From: Candidatus Microgenomatus sp.
Lineage (GTDB): Bacteria > Patescibacteriota > Microgenomatia > UBA8517
Assembly: GCA_020724585.1 (NCBI GenBank)
Contig: DYGS01000001.1
Span: forward strand, 136,096 to 200,095
Reading direction: 5' to 3'
DNA length: 64,000 bases
The position numbers and the translations under genes are program-made. Under the pieces are notes generated by a model, which was not told the DNA's origin, did no database searches, and saw nothing but the letters and a program-made list of their open reading frames with translations. Shown one piece after another: positions 56,743 through 64,000 of this stretch; position 1 is the stretch's first letter, and each line of letters begins with the position of its first letter.

Positions 56743-57714
56743 ATGCCTAGAAAAATTGAAATATCTCATAAGACAATTGTTTTTACAGCGGTTTTTGTTG
56801 GTTTTTTGTGGCTTCTTTTCCAAATAAGGGATATATTGTTGCAGCTTTTTGTTGCGCTTTTGCTGATGGCGATTTTAAATCCTGCTGTAACAAAACTGTC
56901 AAAATATAAGATCCCAAAAGGCTTATCTGTTTTGGTCTCCTATCTACTACTTTTCGGCATTTTAGGTTTAGCTGTCAGTTCAATAATTCCGCCATTAGTT
57001 GAGCAGACAACAAATCTGGCAAGCAATCTTCCGGGATATATCCAAAAACTTAAACTCGAGCAGTATATAAGTGAGGATATTTTAAAAGAATTTGCTTCAC
57101 AACTTGGTAGTATTCCAGGACAGATAATAAAATCAATATTATCGCTTTTTGGCAATGTCATAAGCATTTTAACAGTTGCAATTTTGGCTTTTTATCTTCT
57201 ATTAACGCGGGATAATTTGGAAAATAATTTAGAGGATTGGTTCGGAGAAGATAATTCCAAAAAAATTGCCTTAGTAATTGATGATCTGGAAAGAAAACTT
57301 GGAGGTTGGGCAAGGGGTCAGTTGTTTCTAATGTTATTAATAGGGGTTTTAACCTATTTTGGCCTTTTGCTTTTAGGAATTCCCTATGCTCTGCCGTTAG
57401 CTATTTTTGCTGGAATAATGGAAATAATTCCATATATTGGCCCAATAGTCGCGGCGGTTCCTGCTGCAATTTTGGGTTTTAGTATTTCTCCCTTCTTAGG
57501 ATTTGCGTCTATTGGTCTATCTCTTTTAATTCAACAACTTGAAAATTATGTTTTTGTACCCAAAGTCATGGAGAAATCAACAGGTGTTCCTCCAATTATT
57601 GTTTTGATTGCTTTAGCGATTGGTTTTAATTTAGCTGGAGTAGTTGGGATGATTGTTTCGGTACCTGTTGTCATAATAATTCAGAGCTTGGTATCTTCAA
57701 AACTTTCTAAATAA
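56743..57714 (+). CDS. AI-2E family (PerM/YhhT-like) transporter
   Basis: 8-TM topology; 'LGGWARGQL', 'IIPYIGPIVAAVPA'. Confidence 0.75.
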   Translation: MPRKIEISHKTIVFTAVFVGFLWLLFQIRDILLQLFVALLLMAILNPAVTKLSKYKIPKGLSVLVSYLLLFGILGLAVSSIIPPLVEQTTNLASNLPGYIQKLKLEQYISEDILKEFASQLGSIPGQIIKSILSLFGNVISILTVAILAFYLLLTRDNLENNLEDWFGEDNSKKIALVIDDLERKLGGWARGQLFLMLLIGVLTYFGLLLLGIPYALPLAIFAGIMEIIPYIGPIVAAVPAAILGFSISPFLGFASIGLSLLIQQLENYVFVPKVMEKSTGVPPIIVLIALAIGFNLAGVVGMIVSVPVVIIIQSLVSSKLSK

Positions 57715-57744
57715 GTCCAATTTTGGTAAAATACAGTCTAGTTT

Positions 57745-58045
57745 TAGAGGTGGGACAATAGCCCCGTTATTTAACGGAGAGGAAAGTCCAGGCAGTAGAA
57801 GACAGGGTGCCTTGCCGCAAGGCAAGGGGTTTCTCCGCCATCGGCGGGGGAATACAGTCAGAGCAACAGAGACGAGTCCCCCGCTTGTCGGGGGAGTGAA
57901 ACGGGCAATCCTCCCCACTGCAACCTCCGAATTGGCCGATATTTGGATGTCTTCCCAATATCGCATTTGCGATGCGGCCTAAGGCATGAGGGCGTAGATA
58001 GATTATTGTCAATATTAAACAGAACCTGGCTTATCAGCCTCTAAA
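57745..58045 (+). ncRNA. rnpB: RNase P RNA (compact bacterial type)
   Basis: 'GAGAGGAAAGTCCAGGC' (P4 5' strand) at 57778-57794 and 'ACAGAACCTGGCTTATCAGCCTCTA' (P4 3' strand) at 58019-58043. There is a CCAGG/CCTGG covariation relative to the E. coli CCGGG/CCCGG. P1 pairs TAGAGG 57745-50 with CCTCTA 58037-42. The interval is GC-rich and has no ORF. Confidence 0.8.
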
Positions 58046-58075
58046 ACCAAAAATATATAGTTACTTTAGTCACAA

Positions 58076-58519
58076 ATGAAATTGGTAATTCAAAGAGTAA
58101 AACGAGCAAGTGTAAAAGTAATTAAGACTGGAAAAATTTCGGGTGAAATTAAAAAAGGTCTATTTGTCTTGTTTGGAGTTAAAAAAGGAGATACCAAGGA
58201 AAATGCGGACTTATTAGTTGAAAAAATTTCTAAATTAAGGATTATTTCTGATCAAAACGAAAAAATGAACTTATCAGTAATTGATTCTAAACAAGAAATT
58301 TTAGTAGTTTCACAATTTACACTCAATGCAAATACAAAAGATGGGAATAGACCGAGTTTCATTGAATCAGAGAATCCATTAAAAGCTAAAAAACTGTATA
58401 AATATTTTATTGATAGATTAAGATACAAAGGTATAGAGGTTAAAAGTGGCAGTTTTGGAGATAATATGGAGATAACAGCGGTTCTTGATGGACCCGTTAC
58501 AATTTTTTTAGAAAGCTAA
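58076..58519 (+). CDS. dtd: D-aminoacyl-tRNA deacylase
   Basis: 'MKLVIQRVKRASV...SQFTLNA'. Confidence 0.9.
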   Translation: MKLVIQRVKRASVKVIKTGKISGEIKKGLFVLFGVKKGDTKENADLLVEKISKLRIISDQNEKMNLSVIDSKQEILVVSQFTLNANTKDGNRPSFIESENPLKAKKLYKYFIDRLRYKGIEVKSGSFGDNMEITAVLDGPVTIFLES

Positions 58520-59169
58520 ATTAATTTTTCATTTCCCAAAAATTCTACGAGTTTTTTTGTTGTGGTGTACTGACGGCCAATTGAGACAAATAGACGGTTT
58601 ATATCTTTCCAATATTTTTTAGGAAGAATTTTTATAAGTTCTTTTTCAGTTTCCTCGGGCTTTTTTGTTTTTACCCAACCCAGTAGATTACTGATTCTGT
58701 GAACATGGATATCAACGGCCACGGCCGGAATACCAAAAGCGCGATTTAAAACCAAATTTGCGGTTTTTCTACCAACACCAGGAAGTTTCATAAGTTCCTG
58801 TCGTGTTTTTGGGATAAAAGCAGGGTGCAACCCTGCTATGGCTGTCAAATATTTTGCCTTGGTTTTGTAAAATCCCACAGGATATATTAAATTTCTAATC
58901 TCTAATTCACTTAATTGACATAATTTTTTTAAGTTCGGAGCTTTTTTAAAAAGTCTTTTTGATGCTTCGAATGTCACTTCATCTTTAGTTCTAGAAGAAA
59001 GCAATGTTGAAATCAGGGTATCGTATGGGTTTACAGAAAACACTTCAAGAGGCACTAGTTTGTAGTGCTTCCTGAAGGATTTAAAAACTGGCTCAAAATT
59101 AATTTCCGCCAATTTTGAACATTGTAGTTCCGCAAACTTCACAAACTGCCTTTGTTGCTTTTTTGCCAT
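58516..59169 (-). CDS. nth: endonuclease III-like HhH-GPD DNA glycosylase/lyase (no Cys4 Fe-S motif seen); true start uncertain
   Basis: 'LPGVGRKTANLVLNRAFGIPAVAVDIHVHRISN' contains the catalytic Lys and Asp of EndoIII. The C-terminus has no C-x6-C-x2-C-x5-C cluster. The first 70 nt overlap the DUF5679-like gene. Confidence 0.8.
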   Translation of the reverse strand: MAKKQQRQFVKFAELQCSKLAEINFEPVFKSFRKHYKLVPLEVFSVNPYDTLISTLLSSRTKDEVTFEASKRLFKKAPNLKKLCQLSELEIRNLIYPVGFYKTKAKYLTAIAGLHPAFIPKTRQELMKLPGVGRKTANLVLNRAFGIPAVAVDIHVHRISNLLGWVKTKKPEETEKELIKILPKKYWKDINRLFVSIGRQYTTTKKLVEFLGNEKLI

Positions 59170-59239
59170 TTTTCATTGTGACAGCTTGTGCGTCTTTACC
59201 TTCTCTTTTAGTTCTACACTTTACGCAGTACATCGCCAT
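59099..59239 (-). CDS. 46-aa zinc-ribbon protein (DUF5679-like)
   Basis: Hand translation: MAMYCVKCRTKREGKDAQAVTMKNGKKATKAVCEVCGTTMFKIGGN. CxxC...CxxC pattern. Confidence 0.55.
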   Translation of the reverse strand: MAMYCVKCRTKREGKDAQAVTMKNGKKATKAVCEVCGTTMFKIGGN

Positions 59240-59291
59240 ATTTAAATCACCCCCTTCGTTTTCGGCTAGCTTGGGGCAAGTCCCCAGGTGC

Positions 59292-59525
59292 CTATTTCGA
59301 AACCCAGTATATCACCACAAGGGAAATCACGATTAACAAGGCTAAAATCAAACTTTTTATAAGGTCTTTTTTGTCTAAGGTTGTTTCGATGTTTATTTCC
59401 GTATTTTTGGAATTTTTGTGGTTAAGTTGTTGTGCGGCGGGAACTTGGAACTTGTAATTCAATTGGGTATTGACAGGCTGTATATGAGCTTTATTTTTAT
59501 GCTTTTTTGTTCTTTTTTTTGCCAT
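59292..59525 (-). CDS. hypothetical small protein with a basic N-terminus and a C-terminal TM helix
   Basis: ORF only; 'MAKKRTKKHKNK...LILALLIVISLVVIYWV'. Confidence 0.35.
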   Translation of the reverse strand: MAKKRTKKHKNKAHIQPVNTQLNYKFQVPAAQQLNHKNSKNTEINIETTLDKKDLIKSLILALLIVISLVVIYWVSK

Positions 59526-59554
59526 AATTTTTATGTATCCTATTTTTAAGCTAC

Positions 59555-60004
59555 ATGAATATTACATTATCGTTTTTCATTTTGGCAACAGTTTGGCTTG
59601 TTGGACTGACGGTTTTTTTAGTATGGCTTTATCTAAGACTTAAAAATTTGTTTTTAAATGCCAAAGATGGAGATTTTCTAAAAGCCATTAAAAAGATTGA
59701 AAACCTCCAAGAGGCGTCCTTGTCAGATATTAAAGATATAAAGCGCGACATTTTAAGTTTTAAAGAGATTTCATTAAATGATTTTAGTAAAATTGGAGTG
59801 GTTAAATTTAACCCTTTTAACGACACTGGAGGTGGAAACAGTTTTTCTATGGCACTTCTAGATGGAAACAAGAATGGCATTATTGTCACAAGCCTTCATA
59901 GCAGGGAGAGGACAAGGCTTTATTTGAAGGAAATAAAATCTGGCAAAAGTACTGTTGAATTATCAAAAGATGAAGAAAAGGCACTTGCCAAGGCATTAAA
60001 ATAA
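59555..60004 (+). CDS. DUF4446-family protein
   Basis: N-terminal TM helix; 'GVVKFNPFNDTGGGNSFSMALLDGNKNGIIVTSLHSRERTRLYLK' resembles the DUF4446 core. Confidence 0.55.
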   Translation: MNITLSFFILATVWLVGLTVFLVWLYLRLKNLFLNAKDGDFLKAIKKIENLQEASLSDIKDIKRDILSFKEISLNDFSKIGVVKFNPFNDTGGGNSFSMALLDGNKNGIIVTSLHSRERTRLYLKEIKSGKSTVELSKDEEKALAKALK

Positions 60005-60011
60005 TGAAAAA

Positions 60012-61214
60012 ATGAAAAAACTAGAAATAATTATGTCTTCTAAAAATTTTATGCTGGTATTAGGCTTTTTGGGTTTATACCTTGTTTCAACGGGTGTATC
60101 TTTGGCAGGCTTTACATTTTTGGGCAAAGGTGAAACCGGGAGGAAAAATACAATTAGTCCGTCGGGCAAAGTCTCGAGAATTGATTTATCAAAACCGAAA
60201 ACCGAAGAGTGCCCAATAAACGGAGCATATTTTACCAAAGAAGAGAGGCAGTCTTGGGAGAAAAAACGGCCAATTATTGCAATGATTGAAAATTCAACCG
60301 ACGCAAGGCCCCAGTCGGGTTTGTCTTACGCAGACGTTATCTATGAGGCAGTGGCTGAGGGTGGAATAACGCGGTTTATGCCAGTTTTTTATTGCAACAC
60401 ATTAGCTGAGGAAGTAAAGATTGCACCCGTTAGGTCCGCAAGAATATATTTTATAAATTTAGCCATGGAATATGGAGATAAGCCAATATTTATGCATGTA
60501 GGCGGTGCCAATAACTACTCGGGGAGCGGAGACACTACCAAGGAGGTCAGGGCACTTGAATATTTGGAAACAATCGGTTGGAGAGTGCCGAGGGGTAATG
60601 ACTTTGACACAACATATGATTCTGCCTTTCCTGTTTTTTGGAGAAATTATGAAAGATTGGGTCGTGAAATAGCGACAGAACATACAATGATGGCGTCTCT
60701 TGATGCCGCCTATGAACAGGCCGCAAAGCGGAAGTTAAATTATAAGGATGAAGACGGCAAGGCTTGGGATGAGGATTTTAAGCCTTGGAAATTTGCAGAT
60801 GACAAACCACAAACTCCAAAGGCGTCTGAAATATCTTATGCATTTTGGGATGGCAAAGCTGATTATGATGTTTTATGGAAATACGATCAGAGTAAAAATG
60901 CGTATTTCAGATATACTGGCGGTCAGGAACACAAAGACCTCGAAACTCAACTGCCGCTAACTGCAAAGAATGTGGTTATTATGTTTGCCAAAGAAAAGGG
61001 ACCGGTTGATAAAAACATGCACATGTTTTACCAGGTAACAGGCGAGGGTGAGGCTTTGGTTTTTCAAAATGGACAGGTAATTGAAGGAACATGGGAGAAA
61101 AAAACAGGCTTTGATAGGACTCTATTTTTAGATAAAAATGGCGATGAAATCGAATTTGTTAGAGGTCGGACTTGGATTTCTGTCGTTCCGTCGGGAAATC
61201 GTATTAGTTATTAA
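60012..61214 (+). CDS. DUF3048-family (YerB-like) secreted protein or lipoprotein
   Basis: Signal/TM segment; 'IIAMIENSTDARPQSGLSYADVIYEAVAEGGITRFMPVF' resembles the DUF3048 N-terminal block. Confidence 0.55.
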   Translation: MKKLEIIMSSKNFMLVLGFLGLYLVSTGVSLAGFTFLGKGETGRKNTISPSGKVSRIDLSKPKTEECPINGAYFTKEERQSWEKKRPIIAMIENSTDARPQSGLSYADVIYEAVAEGGITRFMPVFYCNTLAEEVKIAPVRSARIYFINLAMEYGDKPIFMHVGGANNYSGSGDTTKEVRALEYLETIGWRVPRGNDFDTTYDSAFPVFWRNYERLGREIATEHTMMASLDAAYEQAAKRKLNYKDEDGKAWDEDFKPWKFADDKPQTPKASEISYAFWDGKADYDVLWKYDQSKNAYFRYTGGQEHKDLETQLPLTAKNVVIMFAKEKGPVDKNMHMFYQVTGEGEALVFQNGQVIEGTWEKKTGFDRTLFLDKNGDEIEFVRGRTWISVVPSGNRISY

Positions 61215-61263
61215 CTACCCCATTCATTTTTAAAAATAATATTGTATAATTATTGTAAACAAT

Positions 61264-61848
61264 ATGGCCAATATTTCAGATGTTATTACTTCAAAAGTCA
61301 GAGTTAAAATTTTAAATCTTTTTTACTCTAATTTAAAGGAAATGTACCATGTTAGAGGAATCGTTAGAGAGGTTGGTGAAGAAATAAATGCAGTAAGAAG
61401 AGAATTGATAAGGCTTGAAACTGCTGGAATTCTCAAGAAAGAACAAAGGGGGAACAGGGTTTACTATTTTGTACGCAGTGATTATCCTCTTTTTGGCGAT
61501 ATTTTGTCTATTGTTTCCAAAGAAACAGGTTTGGGAAAACAGTTAATTGAATCAAAATCAAAACTTGGAAAAGTTTCTTACATTATGTTTTCCGGTAGAT
61601 TTTCTAGAGGGAAATCCAGGAAAAAAGACGACGAAGTCGAAATTTTGGTAGTTGGCGACATTGTCTTGCCTGAGTTGGCCGCAATAGTAAGAGTTTACGA
61701 ATCAAAACTGGGTAGAGATATAAATTACACAGTAATGAGTAGGGAAGAACTAGATTATAGAAAAAAGAGAAGGGACCCGTTTTTACTTGGCATTTTAACA
61801 GCCAGTAGAACTATGATTATCGGAGATGAAGAAGAGCTTATTGGTTAA
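61264..61848 (+). CDS. winged-helix DNA-binding domain fused to a minimal nucleotidyltransferase (MNT-like) domain
   Basis: N-terminal wHTH 'VRRELIRLETAGILKKEQRGNRVYY'; 'FSGRFSRGKSRKKDDEVEILVVGD' fits the hG[GS]x9-13 Dx[DE] Pol-beta NTase motif. Confidence 0.5.
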   Translation: MANISDVITSKVRVKILNLFYSNLKEMYHVRGIVREVGEEINAVRRELIRLETAGILKKEQRGNRVYYFVRSDYPLFGDILSIVSKETGLGKQLIESKSKLGKVSYIMFSGRFSRGKSRKKDDEVEILVVGDIVLPELAAIVRVYESKLGRDINYTVMSREELDYRKKRRDPFLLGILTASRTMIIGDEEELIG

Positions 61849-63079
61849 ATTACTTCTAATTTTAGCAATTGTTGGCGTCTCACTATATGTGAGTTTTTTT
61901 GATTCCCGTTTTAAGTTTTCACTAGGACTTGATTTGGCGGGAGGAAGCCGCCTTGTTTTTGAGGCAGATACTAGTCGAGTTGATTTATCCATAAAGGACA
62001 AAGCACTAGAATCCTTAAGAACTGTAATTGAAAAAAGAGTCAATTTGTTTGGTGTGTCTGAAAGTAATGTATATTCGTCCAATTTTGAAAACAAAGATAG
62101 AATAATAGTGGAGCTTCCTGGGATTACTGATCCAAAAGAGGCAACATTATTAATCGGAAAAACTGCTCAGCTTGTTTTTGCTATACCTAATTCTGAATCG
62201 GAAGCAACCGCATCATCTGAAATTGTTGGGCTAATACCAACAAATTTGACAGGAGCGGATTTGAAATCGGCTGAAACGATTTTTGATCAAAATACAGGAA
62301 AACCTGCCGTGGCGATTGAATTTAATGACGAAGGTTCCAAAAAATTTGAGACAATAACGGGAGAAAATATAGGCAAGCCTCTGGCTATACTTTTAGATAA
62401 TGAAATCGTTTCATCGCCGCTTGTAAATGAGAAAATTACCGGCGGTAAGGCACAAATTTCAGGACAATTTACACTGGAAGAGGCAGAAAAGTTAGAAACT
62501 CAGCTAAATGCTGGCGCACTTCCTGTTCCTGTCTTATTGGTTGAAGAGAAGACTGTAGGAGCGTCTCTTGGCGTGGACTCGATTAATAAAAGTCTAAAAG
62601 CTGGAATAATTGGGCTTATAATGATATCTATTTTTATGATTCTTATTTATGGCAGATATGGAATTGTGTCGGTAATTTCTCTTTTAATTTTTGCCATAAT
62701 TACGATTGCTATTTATAAAATTATCCCGATTACGCTTACTCTTCCCGGAATTGCAGGGTTTCTACTGACAGTTGGAATGGCGGTTGATAGCAATATTTTG
62801 ATTTTTGAAAGACTTAAAGAAGAAATAAAGTTAAAATCGTTGGAGACGGCAATGGAAGTTTCTTTTGGCAAGGCTTGGGATTCTATAAGAGACGCAAATA
62901 TTGCAACACTAGTTGCGGCATTTATTCTGGCAAATCCGCTAGATTGGGGTTTTTTGCATATTTCAGGACCTGTTCGCGGTTTTGCAATAACATTAGCTTT
63001 GGGTATAGGTATAAGTTTGTTTACAGGAATAGTTGTAAGCCGTAGTTTACTTAGACTATTCATAAGAAATGACAAATAA
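61826..63079 (+). CDS. secD: protein translocase subunit SecD
   Basis: N-terminal TM helix; 'LGLDLAGGSRLVF'; periplasmic domain; C-terminal 6-TM bundle. Overlaps the upstream gene by 23 nt. Confidence 0.9.
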   Translation: MKKSLLVKLLLILAIVGVSLYVSFFDSRFKFSLGLDLAGGSRLVFEADTSRVDLSIKDKALESLRTVIEKRVNLFGVSESNVYSSNFENKDRIIVELPGITDPKEATLLIGKTAQLVFAIPNSESEATASSEIVGLIPTNLTGADLKSAETIFDQNTGKPAVAIEFNDEGSKKFETITGENIGKPLAILLDNEIVSSPLVNEKITGGKAQISGQFTLEEAEKLETQLNAGALPVPVLLVEEKTVGASLGVDSINKSLKAGIIGLIMISIFMILIYGRYGIVSVISLLIFAIITIAIYKIIPITLTLPGIAGFLLTVGMAVDSNILIFERLKEEIKLKSLETAMEVSFGKAWDSIRDANIATLVAAFILANPLDWGFLHISGPVRGFAITLALGIGISLFTGIVVSRSLLRLFIRNDK

Positions 63080-63160
63080 ATACAAATATCAAATAAATAC
63101 AAATGCTCAATATTGGAAATTTGCGATTGGTTTATTGGTAATTATTTTTATTTATTGATT

Positions 63161-63964
63161 ATGAATTGGATGAAATACAAGTTATTATATTTGACGATAT
63201 CCTTGGTTTTTATATCATCGGGATTATACAGTCTCTTCAAGTGGGGGCTAAGTTTGTCAATTGATTTTACTGGAGGAGTAAAGGCTGTTTATAAACTTGA
63301 AAATGGAGAGATTTTAAACATAAAAGAGGGGATAAAGACAATTCAGGAGGTGGATAAAATCAGAAATGAGTATAAGTCAAAAGGAGCAATTGAAGAGGTT
63401 TTTGAGGTGGTTGGACCTTCAATTGGCCCAGAGCTTATAAAAAAGACATATTATGCTGTTGGTATTTCAACTGTCCTTATTTTACTTTGGATTACAGTTC
63501 AATTTAGAAGTGTAAAATTTGGAATTTCTGCTGTTCTTGCTATGCTTCACGATATGTTGGTACTGATTGGATCATTTTCATTATTTGGCCATTTTCTTAA
63601 TGCTGAGATTGATTTTCTTTTTGTAACTGCAGTATTAACCACCCTTTCGTTTTCAGTTCACGACACAATTGTAGTTTTTGACAGAATTAGAGAAAAATTG
63701 AAATTATCGTCAACTGAAAACTTGGAGCTTATAGCAAATCAGGCGATTACAGAAACAATGGTTAGATCAGTCAATAACTCATTAACTATAATTTTTATGC
63801 TTTTATCTCTGATTCTTTTGGGTGGGGAGACAATTAAATGGTTTGGTTTAGCCCTTTTAATAGGGACAGTTTCAGGAACTTACTCATCTCCATTTGTTGC
63901 AATCCCATTTCTTGTTACATGGGAATACATACAGAAAAAATATGTGTCATTGCGAACAAAGTGA
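63161..63964 (+). CDS. secF: protein translocase subunit SecF
   Basis: 'LSLSIDFTGG'; 6-TM protein. ATG 63161 or 63170 is preferred; the track start 63113 is a TTG. Confidence 0.9.
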   Translation: MNWMKYKLLYLTISLVFISSGLYSLFKWGLSLSIDFTGGVKAVYKLENGEILNIKEGIKTIQEVDKIRNEYKSKGAIEEVFEVVGPSIGPELIKKTYYAVGISTVLILLWITVQFRSVKFGISAVLAMLHDMLVLIGSFSLFGHFLNAEIDFLFVTAVLTTLSFSVHDTIVVFDRIREKLKLSSTENLELIANQAITETMVRSVNNSLTIIFMLLSLILLGGETIKWFGLALLIGTVSGTYSSPFVAIPFLVTWEYIQKKYVSLRTK

Positions 63965-63972
63965 AGCAATCT
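63944..63972. repeat. second copy of the 30-nt element (GTGTCATTGCGAAC-AAA-GTGAAGCAATCT), overlapping the secF stop codon
   Basis: Matches 29637-29666 except for the central 3-4 nt. Confidence 0.5.
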
Positions 63973-64000
63973 AAATTAGATCCCCACACTCACTTTTGTT

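Noticed and set aside
57697-58012. Two minus-strand ORFs (57697-57966, 57767-58012)
   Set aside because: They overlap the RNase P RNA gene; GC-rich structured RNA yields open frames by chance.

Overview
AT-rich, tightly packed bacterial chromosome segment; almost all genes are on the + strand. Gene content and order point to a Candidate Phyla Radiation / Patescibacteria-type genome: no rpmD (L30) between rpsE and rplO, many short or domain-reduced housekeeping proteins (AlaRS without a C-Ala domain, short RNase Y, compact RNase P RNA), and TGA used as an ordinary stop. All protein calls are from motif recognition by eye, not database searches. The backbone is: rpsO-pnp; an orphan Lon-type AAA+ ATPase followed by three overlapping mini-ORFs encoding single-TM peptides; a translationally coupled ClbS/DfsB-like + metallophosphoesterase + family-4 UDG trio; rnj; ftsK; a RodZ-like protein; a Phd/RelE TA pair; alaS; a large bitopic membrane protein coupled to a sortase; ruvX; mltG. 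A contiguous rpoB-rpoC-rpsL-rpsG-fusA-(TA cassette)-tuf-S10-spc-alpha ribosomal superoperon then runs from 19.0 to 47.1 kb, including secY-adk-map-infA-rpmJ. After it come rplM-rpsI, a HlyD/ABC/FtsX efflux trio, tRNA-Pro(GGG), recA-recX-rny-hup, an ABC-2 transporter, miaA, an AI-2E transporter, a compact RNase P RNA, dtd, an endonuclease III-like gene (- strand), DUF4446, DUF3048, a wHTH-nucleotidyltransferase fusion, and secD-secF. Accessory-looking content: a DUF3800 gene at the left edge, two RelE-family TA modules (one inserted antisense between fusA and tuf), the orphan Lon ATPase with its TM-peptide triplet, and short conserved non-coding repeats. No CRISPR array, rRNA, transposase or integrase was seen. 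I found no single obvious novel multi-gene system. The best candidates for something undescribed are the Lon-ATPase / mini-peptide locus and the membrane-protein + sortase pair.
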